A stretch of 64,000 nucleotides of DNA from positions 64,001-128,000 of the forward strand of contig JBHLOY010000011.1 of the NCBI GenBank assembly GCA_048939995.1. The letters are read 5' to 3'. This stretch comes from Promethearchaeota archaeon. GTDB taxonomy: Archaea > Asgardarchaeota > Lokiarchaeia > Sigyniarchaeales > SOKP01. A program made the position numbers and the translations under genes. Positions 40,397 to 52,334 of the stretch are shown one piece after another; within the stretch, counting starts at the first letter, position 1, and the number at the start of each line of letters is the position of its first letter. A model generated the notes under the pieces. That model searched no databases. It was not told the origin of the DNA and was given only the letters and a program-made list of their open reading frames with translations.

Positions 40397-41782
40397 ATGA
40401 TGAATAATATGAAAGGTCCTGTTGAGCCATTTAAAATTAAGATGATTGAGCATGTTGGAATGCCTGATGAATGTAGGAGAAGAGAAGCAATTAAAGAAGC
40501 GGGTTATAATACATTTTTATTAAAGTCTGAGGATGTTTTTATCGACCTATTAACTGATTCAGGAACTTCTGCTATGTCAGATGTACAATGGTCTGGAATG
40601 ATGCTTGGAGATGAAGCTTATGCTGGAGCCCGAAATTTCTATAATCTTGAAAAAGCTGTCCAAGACGTACTTGGTTATAGGTATTTAGTCCCTACTCATC
40701 AAGGTCGAGGTGCTGAACATTTGATGTATAGCTATCTTGTAAAGCCAGGAGATATCGTTCCTAGAAATATGTATTTTACTACATCTAAAGTCCATGTTGA
40801 ATTACCAGGAGGAAAGATGGTGGATGTTATTATTGATGAAGCCCATGATCCCGAAAATTTACATCTATTCAAAGGGAATGTCGATCTAAAGAAACTACAG
40901 GCTTTAATAGATGAATATGGAGTAGACAAAATACCATTTGTTAATATTGAGATGGATGTGAATATGGCAGGTGGACAACCTGTTTCTATGGAAAATTTAA
41001 GACAAGTAAGAGAATTTTGTAATGATTATAAATTAAGAATAATTTATGATGCAACTCGCTCTAGTGAAAATGCTTACTTTATTCGAGAGCGTGAAAAAGG
41101 ATATGAAGACACACCAATCATAGATATTCTTAGGGAAATGATGAGCTATTCTGATGGATGTATCTATAGTTCTAAAAAAGATTGCTTAGTAAATATTGGT
41201 GGATTCCTAGCCACCCATGATGAGGATATATTTGAAGCGACACGTAGCATGGTAGTTGTGTATGAAGGACTTCACACTTATGGAGGAATGGCTGGTCGTG
41301 ATATGGAAGCATTAGCTCGTGGTTTAAGAGAAGGAGCTCAATATGAGTACTTAAAGTATAGAATCAACCAAGTTCGTTATTTGGGGGAGCTGTTAGTGGA
41401 TGAAGGGGTGCCAATTGTAAAACCTGTAGGAGGTCATGCCGTATTTTTAAATGCGGTAAAATTTTTACCTCATCTGGAGAGAGAGCAATGGCCAGCTCAA
41501 ACTTTAGCAGCAGAAATCTATGAAGACTCTGCGGTAAGGAGCATGGAGAGAGGCGCTGTATCTAAAGGGCGTGATAGAGATACAGGAGAAAATATCTTTC
41601 CACCATTAGAGTTAGTACGTTTAACTATTCCTAGGAGGGTTTATACTAATTCCCATATGGAATATGTTGCTGAATCAATTATCCGCCTTTTCCAAGAAAA
41701 GGATGATATTAAAGGTTTAAAGATGGTTTATGAGCCGAAATATCTGAGATTTTTTCAAGCTCAATTTGAAAAATTAACATAA
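40397..41782 (+). CDS. tpl: Tyrosine phenol-lyase/tryptophanase-family PLP beta-eliminating lyase (Tpl-like)
   Basis: IDLLTDSG, GDEAYAG, THQGRGAE and SSKKD motifs; Tpl-type MYFTT and LRFF residues. Confidence 0.8.
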   Translation: MMNNMKGPVEPFKIKMIEHVGMPDECRRREAIKEAGYNTFLLKSEDVFIDLLTDSGTSAMSDVQWSGMMLGDEAYAGARNFYNLEKAVQDVLGYRYLVPTHQGRGAEHLMYSYLVKPGDIVPRNMYFTTSKVHVELPGGKMVDVIIDEAHDPENLHLFKGNVDLKKLQALIDEYGVDKIPFVNIEMDVNMAGGQPVSMENLRQVREFCNDYKLRIIYDATRSSENAYFIREREKGYEDTPIIDILREMMSYSDGCIYSSKKDCLVNIGGFLATHDEDIFEATRSMVVVYEGLHTYGGMAGRDMEALARGLREGAQYEYLKYRINQVRYLGELLVDEGVPIVKPVGGHAVFLNAVKFLPHLEREQWPAQTLAAEIYEDSAVRSMERGAVSKGRDRDTGENIFPPLELVRLTIPRRVYTNSHMEYVAESIIRLFQEKDDIKGLKMVYEPKYLRFFQAQFEKLT

Positions 41783-41793
41783 AAATAAAAAAA

Positions 41794-42765
41794 TTATAAA
41801 TTCAATAAGCTAACAGGAAAATAAATAAAAATCGAGAGAGCAGCCGCAATAGGAAAGGTTAAAATCCAAATTAAAACAATTTTTTTTACTTTCTTACTTG
41901 TTGGTGCTCTTCTAGCTTTCGCTAATCCGACTAGAGAAGCAACAAGCATATGAGAACCAGATAAAGGAATTCCTAATAAAGTACCAAAGAACAATATCAC
42001 AGCTATCGGGATTTCACTCACGAATGCGGTACTTGGATGTAATTCCGTTATTGTTCCTACATTTTTAATAACACCTCTACCTAAAATTACAATACCACTT
42101 GATAAACTTAAGCCTGTTATAATTAATAGAAGAGTTGTATCAATGCTTGCTTCAGCGCCTACTACTATGCCAACTGCATTGGAACTATCATTCCCTGCTC
42201 TTGAAAAAGCCGTCCAACAAATCACAGCTAGCAATATATAGGAAAAATATTTTTCTACTCTTTCAAAACTTCGGAAACCTGAAAGGCGTTTGATAATCAC
42301 TCTGTTGATTAGCTTATATGCAAAAAAAGTCACAACATATCCAATTATTGGAGATAATAACCACCATATCCCCATTTCAAGAATAGTGAGCCAATTTACC
42401 CCAAGAAGTCCACTTTGTAAAATTCCTATCCCTATTATGCTTCCTATAGTTGCATGTGTAGTTGAGATGGGTAATCCAAATGCTGATGATACAATTAACC
42501 AAATGGCTGTTGAGATTAAAATCGTTAAGACTATTACATTAGATATTTCAAAAGATAATAAGTCTTTTCCAACAGTTTCACTCACAGCTCTTCCAAGGAG
42601 TACGGCTCCTAAAATGGCAAAAATTGTGGCGAGAATTAATACTTCCTTCATCTTTAATGTCTTAGAACCATATAAAGTAGCCATTGTTTCATCGTTTGCG
42701 CCGATTCCAAAACTAATGATTATTGAAATGATTAAAAAGATACCAATGACAATTACTAAATCCAT
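41794..42765 (-). CDS. PiT-family inorganic phosphate transporter
   Basis: GAND, GLPISTTH, GNDSSNA and GIPLSGSH motifs. Confidence 0.9.
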   Translation of the reverse strand: MDLVIVIGIFLIISIIISFGIGANDETMATLYGSKTLKMKEVLILATIFAILGAVLLGRAVSETVGKDLLSFEISNVIVLTILISTAIWLIVSSAFGLPISTTHATIGSIIGIGILQSGLLGVNWLTILEMGIWWLLSPIIGYVVTFFAYKLINRVIIKRLSGFRSFERVEKYFSYILLAVICWTAFSRAGNDSSNAVGIVVGAEASIDTTLLLIITGLSLSSGIVILGRGVIKNVGTITELHPSTAFVSEIPIAVILFFGTLLGIPLSGSHMLVASLVGLAKARRAPTSKKVKKIVLIWILTFPIAAALSIFIYFPVSLLNL

Positions 42766-42786
42766 ATTATCTCTCCCATTTCAGAT

Positions 42787-43461
42787 TTATTTAGTTGGAT
42801 ATTTAATAATTAATCCTCTAAGGTAATCTGAAGTTTCTTCTGCCCAAGAAGCAATATCATAGAGATAAGTAACAAGCTTAGAAGTTAAATAAACTTTTGT
42901 AGGTTCATCCTTCTTCTTAAAGAGTATTTCTAGTAACTCAAATTTAGTTTTACGTGCATCTCTTCTAACTGATTCAACATTAAAAGTAATCCTATATGCT
43001 TCATCAAAATCAGTTTCAATTAAAGTAGCGCATTTTATTAACTCTTTGACTGTTTTATAACAAGAATCACAGAGACTTATGAAAAGTTCCTTAATTTCTT
43101 CATAAATTTTAAATGGATAAATCTGTAGGAATCGAGCAAAAAACTCTGTTTTATCATTGATTTGATCAATCATATTTAAGATACTATATCTGTCTTCCAC
43201 AAGGAAAGGGAGCGCTCTCTTTTCGCTAAATAGAACTTGGATGTATCTTTCTTTAATCCGATCACATTTTTTTTCTAATTGGATTACTTCTTCAAGATTT
43301 TCTGGTTTTAACTTATTTTCTAAAAAGTTTCCAACTGAATTATGCAATATTTGAGCAGCATTTGAAGTTTCTTGAAGAAACTCCGTATTAATCTCGAATA
43401 ATTCATTTCTCTTTTCTTTCAAAAATTTCATTATAAACCCATTTCTCTTGAATAGATTCAA
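42787..43461 (-). CDS. DUF47/PhoU-like Pi transport regulator
   Basis: LEKKCDRIK and LPFLVEDR motifs; upstream of PiT. Confidence 0.85.
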   Translation of the reverse strand: MNLFKRNGFIMKFLKEKRNELFEINTEFLQETSNAAQILHNSVGNFLENKLKPENLEEVIQLEKKCDRIKERYIQVLFSEKRALPFLVEDRYSILNMIDQINDKTEFFARFLQIYPFKIYEEIKELFISLCDSCYKTVKELIKCATLIETDFDEAYRITFNVESVRRDARKTKFELLEILFKKKDEPTKVYLTSKLVTYLYDIASWAEETSDYLRGLIIKYPTK

Positions 43462-43606
43462 ATGATAATATATTATTCTTATTATGTTTTATTGTTTAAA
43501 AGCCTTATATCTTTCCAATATCTAACTATCTTAATGTCAAGAGAAATACTTTTTTGGAATCAAGATTTATTCAAATTAGTTTTTTATAGATCTTAAATGT
43601 GATTTA

Positions 43607-44107
43607 TTGCCATTTCTAGAGTTATACTTAAAAGATATTAAGTTTGATCCAAAAGTACAAACTTATTGTAATAATCCAAAATTTGAATGCCCCAATTATA
43701 GCAAATCATGGGCATGTCCTCCAGAAGCTCCTTATATGAAAGATCCAGTTTCTCAATTCAAGAAATTTTTTTTAATATATTCCAAATTTAATTTGAAGCA
43801 CCTAAAAATAAGAGATGAAGTTGATCGAGAGGAAATGGAAAACGAGATCCACAAATTTTTAGATATATATAATGAAGATTATAATAGTAAACTTATTTTA
43901 TGGGATGGATATTGTAGGGTTTGTCATAAAGAACATAAGAAATGTACTTATCAATCAAATAAACCCTGCCGTTATCCAAATGAGATTAGATATTCAATGG
44001 AAGCGGTTGGAATTGATGTTGATAAAACTGTTAAAAAGTTAAATATCAAGCTAGAATGGCCACCAAAGAATTATGCTTATCGTTTCAGTTTAATTTGCTT
44101 TAAATAA
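43607..44107 (+). CDS. DUF2284 metal-binding protein
   Basis: CPNY..SWACPP, CxxCxxxxxC and RYSMEAVGIDV motifs. Confidence 0.85.
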   Translation: MPFLELYLKDIKFDPKVQTYCNNPKFECPNYSKSWACPPEAPYMKDPVSQFKKFFLIYSKFNLKHLKIRDEVDREEMENEIHKFLDIYNEDYNSKLILWDGYCRVCHKEHKKCTYQSNKPCRYPNEIRYSMEAVGIDVDKTVKKLNIKLEWPPKNYAYRFSLICFK

Positions 44108-44125
44108 CATAAGGTGAAATAGAAA

Positions 44126-45975
<1,850 letters not shown>

Positions 45976-46105
45976 AACTTAAATCTAATTTAGTTAAAAT
46001 TTAATTTAATATCATTAATCTGTTCCAAAATTGATTATTCTTTAAGATTTAAAAAGTTTTTAGTCTGTTCTTTATCAATACAATAATTTTTAAATAATAA
46101 TTTTC

Positions 46106-46996
46106 TTGAATTTTATAGAAAAAATGCTGGAAAGAACGATTCTTTTTGATTTATTTCATAACGAAATGTTAAATGTTGAAGAAAAGGATTTTTCTGATTT
46201 CTTAAATCTACTTAAACGATCTCATTTAAAGATCAAAAAGAATGATAAAAATCTAACAACAAAAACATTAGAAAATGTTGATATTTTAGTTATTGGAAAC
46301 CCTATTGATGATTACTTCTCAAATATTGAAATAAACGATATTAATGATTTTCTAAGAAAGGGCGGCGCTTTATTATTAATTAGTGAATATGGAGCAGATT
46401 ATCTTCAAAAAACCAATTTGAATGACATTTCTGGTCCAAATTTTGGGATTTTTTTTGAAAAAAATCTTGTAAAACAATTAAATGATGATCAAAAAGGCTC
46501 AAGTATAGTCAACGTGCGAAATTTTAAGAGTAATGATATGACTAATAATTTAAGAGAAGTAGTAATTGGGGGATCATGTTCGTTGCTTTTAAATAAAAAT
46601 GCAACATCATTACTAGAATCACATGATCAAAACGTATGGACCGAAGTATTTAAAAGTTCAAAAGAAGAATGGGTTAAACAAAAGGAAGAAAAACAAATTT
46701 TAGCTGCTTATACTGAATTTGGGCAAGGTAAAGTTGTAGCATTAGGAGACATTGACATCTTTACTAATGATGATAATATTGGAATCAATTCATTGGATAA
46801 TTCTATCTTTATACAGAATATTCTTAATTGGTTGACTAAACCTGTAAAAGAATCGAATGTCTTTTCATATGTATTAAATCAAATAGGAATTATCCAAAAT
46901 GAAATTAAAGAACTAAATCAAACTATAAATAATATTATTGAGACCATGACGATTTTAGAAAAAAGAATTTCCTATTTAGAAGAAAACAGAGATTAA
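46106..46996 (+). CDS. GIFT/DUF4350-like (IFT52-like, GATase-fold) domain protein with C-terminal coiled coil
   Basis: ILFDLFHNE, DILVIGNP, FLRKGGALLL, GKVVALGDIDIF and NILNWL motifs; heptad tail. Confidence 0.65.
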   Translation: MNFIEKMLERTILFDLFHNEMLNVEEKDFSDFLNLLKRSHLKIKKNDKNLTTKTLENVDILVIGNPIDDYFSNIEINDINDFLRKGGALLLISEYGADYLQKTNLNDISGPNFGIFFEKNLVKQLNDDQKGSSIVNVRNFKSNDMTNNLREVVIGGSCSLLLNKNATSLLESHDQNVWTEVFKSSKEEWVKQKEEKQILAAYTEFGQGKVVALGDIDIFTNDDNIGINSLDNSIFIQNILNWLTKPVKESNVFSYVLNQIGIIQNEIKELNQTINNIIETMTILEKRISYLEENRD

Positions 46997-47117
46997 GTTA
47001 AAGTTCTGACCATTCTCATTTCCTACTTTAAAGTTAGCGGATCTTCATGAAACAAATATAAAATTTCTTTAATTATATTTTACTACCATTCTTAATTAAA
47101 AATCAAATCCTTTAATT

Positions 47118-48500
47118 ATGATTGAAAATTCTTACGATGAAATCTTCTCTCTATTCGAAGAAATATCAAATGGATTTAACCGCAAAAATCAATACTTTGA
47201 CATTTTGTATGACTGTTCTTCATCCACTCAAATTGTTAAAACTCCCTCTTCTGAAGATATTACGGTTAATAAAAAAACTTCAGGTGTTGTAGCTCGAACT
47301 TTTATAGGCTCTTGGAAAGAAATAGCATTAGATAACATATCAGATACTAAAAAAATACAGAAAATAATACCTAAAGTCTCAAATATGGGAGATAAAATAA
47401 CAGAATTTGAAGCTTGGAAATTGAACAAAGAAATTATTCCTAAGGTTGATCCCTCTACTATTCCTTTTGATGATAAGATAAAGAAAGTTAGAGAAATTTA
47501 CGAATATGTTAAGAAAGCAGATGAAAATATTGTAAAAGTAGAAATTCGATATCTTGAATATTTATTAGAGCGAATTTTTTCTAATAATGAAGGATGTCTT
47601 TTAAGACAAGTAATTCCAAGGATGAGGCTCTTTATTATCCCTATTGCAAAAAAAGGACATAGGGTCGATTTCGATTATTACGTAAGAAGTCAAGAAATTG
47701 GTTATGAAATTTTTGATGAAATTAATGAGGAAAAGTTAGATGAAATTGTTTCTAATTCAGTAGATATGTTAGAAGCAGAATCTCCACCTAGTGGAAGATA
47801 TACTGTTATTTTAGATCCAAGTGTTTCAGGTCTTATTGCACATGAAAGTTTTGGCCATGGACTTGAAGCCGATCAAGTTTTGAGAGAAAGAAGTTACTTA
47901 AAAAATTATCTAAATAAGAAAGTTGCTTCAGAAATATGTAAAATATATGATACTCCCTCTTTAACTGGCCCAATTGGTTCATATTTTTTTGATGACGAGG
48001 GTATTCGGGCGGGTAAAAATTTGTTAGTCGAAAATGGGATACTCAAGAATTTCATTTATGACAGGAGAACAGCTTCTGAATTTAATACTGAACCTCAAGG
48101 AAACGGCCGTAGAGAAAGTTTTGTCCATCCAGTTAATGTAAGAATGACCAACACATATTTCGATTCAGGAGATTATACTTTAGATGAGATGATATCTGAA
48201 ATTAAAAATGGCGTAATGTTAGTTCATGGATATTTTGGGATGGAAGATCCAATTGGAGGTGGAATGCAAGCAACTTCTAAGAAAGGTTACTTAATCAAAA
48301 ATGGACAAAGAACTAAACTATTAAGAAAAATAGCCTTAAGCGGTTCAGTTTTAGAACTATTACAAAATATTGATGCAATTTCTAACGACAACCTTAGATT
48401 TGACGGAGGAACTTGCGGTAAAGGAAGTGAAGATTATGTTCCGGTAGGATCTGGAGGAACTTACATCAGAATAAATAATGCTATAATAAGTCAAGGGTGA
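47118..48500 (+). CDS. tldD: TldD metalloprotease subunit
   Basis: HESFGHGLEAD, FDDEG, GNGRR, RMTNT and CGK motifs. Confidence 0.92.
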   Translation: MIENSYDEIFSLFEEISNGFNRKNQYFDILYDCSSSTQIVKTPSSEDITVNKKTSGVVARTFIGSWKEIALDNISDTKKIQKIIPKVSNMGDKITEFEAWKLNKEIIPKVDPSTIPFDDKIKKVREIYEYVKKADENIVKVEIRYLEYLLERIFSNNEGCLLRQVIPRMRLFIIPIAKKGHRVDFDYYVRSQEIGYEIFDEINEEKLDEIVSNSVDMLEAESPPSGRYTVILDPSVSGLIAHESFGHGLEADQVLRERSYLKNYLNKKVASEICKIYDTPSLTGPIGSYFFDDEGIRAGKNLLVENGILKNFIYDRRTASEFNTEPQGNGRRESFVHPVNVRMTNTYFDSGDYTLDEMISEIKNGVMLVHGYFGMEDPIGGGMQATSKKGYLIKNGQRTKLLRKIALSGSVLELLQNIDAISNDNLRFDGGTCGKGSEDYVPVGSGGTYIRINNAIISQG

Positions 48501-48503
48501 ATT

Positions 48504-49835
48504 ATGATGCCAAAGAGTAGTTTGGATATTATCCAGAAAAGATTAGAAGCCAAAAAAGTAAATGATTATGAGATTTTTTTAATTGAGAGAGCCATTTTTG
48601 AAACCATTTTTCTTAAAAACAACATAGATAATGAAAGAGAAACCGCACACTCTGAATATTATCTTAGAATTCTCCATCAGAATAACAACGAGACTGGGAT
48701 TGGTGTGACAAAAGCAAATTCTCTAAACACTCAAGATATTGATAATACTATCGAAACTTGCTTAAATCTATCTAAAACGAATATAAGTCCTAAGTATGAT
48801 TTCCCCAAAGAAAAAAAAATTCCTAAAATTAATACAGCAGATAAAAGTATTTTAAATGATCCAGTTGGGACTAAAAATGAATTATCTCAAGAACTTATTA
48901 GCCTTATAAGTAAGCAGAATGAAGTGACCCCTACTTTTGGAAGATTTAGAATCCATTCTCATAATTCATTCATTCGAAATAGTAATGGTTTGGATCTTGA
49001 ATCAAAAAAGACTTTCTTTTTCGTCGAATTTTCCTTAAAAGCAGAAAAAGATGGTAGGTTAGCTGAATATTGGACCGTAGATTACTATAAAGAGCGAGAT
49101 CATCTAAATTTTGAAAACAGAATTAAAAAATGGGTAAACTATGCAAAGAATAACTTATCTGCTGAATTACCAAAGCCTAATTCGAATGCTATAGTGATTT
49201 TTCCTCCTCATGTACTCAGAGCTGCAATAAATCCTGTAATAGGAGGTCATTCATTAGCAAAATCTCATTATGAAAAGACATCTGCTTTCGAGATTGATTC
49301 TCAAGTAGCATCGAATCTCTTTTCATTAATAGATGATGGATTGCTAGAAGGAGGACTAAACTCAAGTCCATGGGATAGAGAAGGTAATCCACGTCAAAAG
49401 ACAGAGGTAATTAGTAAAGGGATTTTTAAAAATCGATTATATGATGAAAAATATGCAATTTTAGAAAATGAATCTTCAACAGGAAATAGTGTTATGGGTC
49501 TTGGAGGCTCATCTTCTAATGGAATTAGTAATCTTGTTATTAATCCCGGAGAGATATCATTAAATGAGATGATTTCAAATATCAAGGAGGGTTATTTAAT
49601 CGAAAAATTTTCATGGCTTAATCCAGATTCTATATCAGGATATTTTGGTGCTGAAATTAGAGGCGGTTATTACATTAGAAATGGGGAATACAAACATCCA
49701 ATTAAACTTGGTAATGTTAGTGGAAATATATTACAAATGATAAAGAATATTTTGTATATATCTGAAGAACGAGAATTTGTAGAGAATGCTCTTTTTCCTT
49801 ATATAGCATTTACGGGCTTAGAAATATCTTCTTAA
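48504..49835 (+). CDS. tldE: TldE/PmbA subunit
   Basis: DDG...WDREG, STGN and SNLVINPG motifs; lacks HExxxH; follows tldD. Confidence 0.85.
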   Translation: MMPKSSLDIIQKRLEAKKVNDYEIFLIERAIFETIFLKNNIDNERETAHSEYYLRILHQNNNETGIGVTKANSLNTQDIDNTIETCLNLSKTNISPKYDFPKEKKIPKINTADKSILNDPVGTKNELSQELISLISKQNEVTPTFGRFRIHSHNSFIRNSNGLDLESKKTFFFVEFSLKAEKDGRLAEYWTVDYYKERDHLNFENRIKKWVNYAKNNLSAELPKPNSNAIVIFPPHVLRAAINPVIGGHSLAKSHYEKTSAFEIDSQVASNLFSLIDDGLLEGGLNSSPWDREGNPRQKTEVISKGIFKNRLYDEKYAILENESSTGNSVMGLGGSSSNGISNLVINPGEISLNEMISNIKEGYLIEKFSWLNPDSISGYFGAEIRGGYYIRNGEYKHPIKLGNVSGNILQMIKNILYISEEREFVENALFPYIAFTGLEISS

Positions 49836-49837
49836 TA

Positions 49838-51067
49838 TCAATTATCAATCTTAACATTAATTAGATTATATTCCCGAGAGCCTAATCCAATTTCCTCAGC
49901 AGTTTTTAATTGAATTTCCCAATTTTTCGACTTTTTTCCATCAAAATTCAGATCTAATTGACCAGATTTGGGATCAAATCTCGGAATATAGGAAAACCAT
50001 TCATTATTGTTATTAATTGGGAGTTTTTTTACTTCAGATAAAATTGAGTTAGGACTCATTAAGGATTCATGTGTTAAATCGATACAAGCTTGGTCTAAAG
50101 CTACAGGATCTAAAGAAGACAGAACACCTATATCTGGAACAAAAGGGACATCGCTAGATCCGCAATCACATTGCCAGGTTATATCGATAGCGTAATTAAT
50201 ATAGAAGATTTTGTCATTACCAAAATAATCGACAACACCTTTAGCATTATCAACCATCTGAACTATAAAATTTTCTTGAGTCGATCCACCAAGATCTATA
50301 ACTTTATTCTTAGTAAGATTACATACAGAATAACACATATAACAATAACGACATTTATCCCAGTCTTTCTTTAGAATCTTAGAAGAATTTTTTGTTAATG
50401 CGCCAGTTGGACAAATTTCGATACAATCACTACACTCTTTGACACATTTACTAAAATCGTAGTCGAATTTCTTTCCCATATGAGCTTGTACCTTGCCTCC
50501 CTTACTAACACATCCAATACCCAAATTTTTTATTGCTCCTCCAAATCCGGCACCTGAATGCCCTTTAAAATGTGTAGCTAACACCATATAATCAAATTCT
50601 CTTAAACGTCCCGCAACTAAAATTTCTTTAAATCTATTACCATTAACTTGTTGAATATTATAATCGATGCCTGTTGAACCATCTAGCATCAATATCGGAG
50701 CCCCCATAGTTTCATGGGTAAATCCATGGCGTAGTGCAACTTTTAAATACTCCTCTTCATTTGCCCTACCACTATATTCTGAATGAACACCCGAAATGTT
50801 CTCAGGGAGCCCCCACCCACATGATTCGGCAATTGAGGTTTTAGCTCCACATTCTTTGAGATAATCACTTAAAAATCTAATATAGGAAGGTCTAATATAT
50901 CTTGTATTTTCTAATGCCCCAAAATGAGTTTTAATAACTACTTTATTGCCATTTTTTACCTTATTTTTAATACCTAACTTTTCTAAAGCAATTGGTCCTT
51001 TTACTTTACTCATACTCTCTTTATGCGATTTAGAACGCGCAGTTAAGAAATAAACATCTGCTTTCAA
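49838..51067 (-). CDS. DUF362 Fe-S protein with ferredoxin domain
   Basis: KTHFG, THFKGH, GGAIKNLGIGC, CDC and DPVALDQAC motifs. Confidence 0.88.
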   Translation of the reverse strand: MKADVYFLTARSKSHKESMSKVKGPIALEKLGIKNKVKNGNKVVIKTHFGALENTRYIRPSYIRFLSDYLKECGAKTSIAESCGWGLPENISGVHSEYSGRANEEEYLKVALRHGFTHETMGAPILMLDGSTGIDYNIQQVNGNRFKEILVAGRLREFDYMVLATHFKGHSGAGFGGAIKNLGIGCVSKGGKVQAHMGKKFDYDFSKCVKECSDCIEICPTGALTKNSSKILKKDWDKCRYCYMCYSVCNLTKNKVIDLGGSTQENFIVQMVDNAKGVVDYFGNDKIFYINYAIDITWQCDCGSSDVPFVPDIGVLSSLDPVALDQACIDLTHESLMSPNSILSEVKKLPINNNNEWFSYIPRFDPKSGQLDLNFDGKKSKNWEIQLKTAEEIGLGSREYNLINVKIDN

Positions 51068-51201
51068 ATTTCCAAATACCCCTTTTATAATGCTATTTAT
51101 TTCAAAAATCTATAATTGAAAATAAATTTAGCTCTTATAGAATAATTATTTTAACTGTGAATAATTCTATTAATATATATATTTAAAAAAGAAGAAAAAA
51201 T

Positions 51202-51435
51202 ATGCCAAGTCACTGTCCAGAATGTGGTGGCATCATGAAATATCAACCGGATATTAAACATTTGGTTTGTCAGTCTTGTGGCTTATCTCTTACGCGAGGA
51301 GAACTTGAAACATACTGGCAAAAAGTCAGAAATGAAAGAGGAACAGAAGTAGATTCGGTTGATAGAGCCAAAAGTCGACGTAAGGAATGGCTCGATTGGT
51401 ATGCCCAATCTAAAAAAGAAAAGGAGAATTATTGA
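51202..51435 (+). CDS. Small zinc-ribbon protein
   Basis: CPECGG...CQSCG followed by a charged helix. Confidence 0.75.
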   Translation: MPSHCPECGGIMKYQPDIKHLVCQSCGLSLTRGELETYWQKVRNERGTEVDSVDRAKSRRKEWLDWYAQSKKEKENY

Positions 51436-51557
51436 ATAGATTAGAAAAATAGAATAATCAATAATTTTTGGACAGTTGATTTTCTTCTAATAGTGAAACT
51501 TTTTATATATTTTAAGCATACTAATTTTAACCTCTAAGAAAAAAGAAGAGTTAGATC

Positions 51558-52319
51558 TTGATGGATGAGATCATTATTTTTAATTATATCATAATTATTT
51601 TCATGATTATCGGTATTTCTATGTTTTTTCTTCTATTATTTGTCACAGCTCCATATGGTCAACATATACGTGATAAATGGGGACCAAACATTAATAACAA
51701 ACTTGGATGGTTCATTATGGAAATTCCAACTGTAATAATTTATTTGGTTTTTTACCTAATTGGAGATCGAAAAACAGATGTCATATCTATTCTGTTTCTA
51801 ATTATTTGGATGGTACATTATGGCCAAAGAACATTCATTTTTTCCTTCTTAATAAGACCTAAACAACCAATGCCTATAACAATAATTAGTTTTGGTTTAA
51901 TATTCAATGGGATCAATACATATTTGCAAGCACGATGGATATACACGCTTTCTGCTCCATATCCTTCAAGTTGGATTATTAGTCCATTTTTTTTAAGTGG
52001 GATAGTAATTTTTATCCTTGGAATGATCATAAATCTCCACTCTGATCACATTGTTCGCAATTTACGTAAACCGGGTGAAACTGAATATAAAATTCCTTAT
52101 GGAGGAATGTTTAACTATGTAAGTTGTCCAAGTTATCTCGGTGAAATAACTGAATGGATAGGTTGGGCAGTTATGATATGGTCTTTACCAGGACTCGTAT
52201 TTGCCTTATGGACATTCTTTAATTTAGGTCCAAGAGCACGTTCTCATCATAAATGGTATCTTAAAACATTTCCAGATTATCCTAAAGATAGAAAAGCACT
52301 AATCCCCTATTTATATTAA
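51558..52319 (+). CDS. Steroid 5-alpha-reductase (SRD5A/DET2-like) membrane enzyme
   Basis: APYGQH, GWFIMEIP, NLHSD..LRKPGETEYKIPYGG, YLGEITEW and RARSHHKWY...RKALIP motifs. Confidence 0.88.
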   Translation: MMDEIIIFNYIIIIFMIIGISMFFLLLFVTAPYGQHIRDKWGPNINNKLGWFIMEIPTVIIYLVFYLIGDRKTDVISILFLIIWMVHYGQRTFIFSFLIRPKQPMPITIISFGLIFNGINTYLQARWIYTLSAPYPSSWIISPFFLSGIVIFILGMIINLHSDHIVRNLRKPGETEYKIPYGGMFNYVSCPSYLGEITEWIGWAVMIWSLPGLVFALWTFFNLGPRARSHHKWYLKTFPDYPKDRKALIPYLY

Positions 52320-52334
52320 AGAAATATGTTTATT

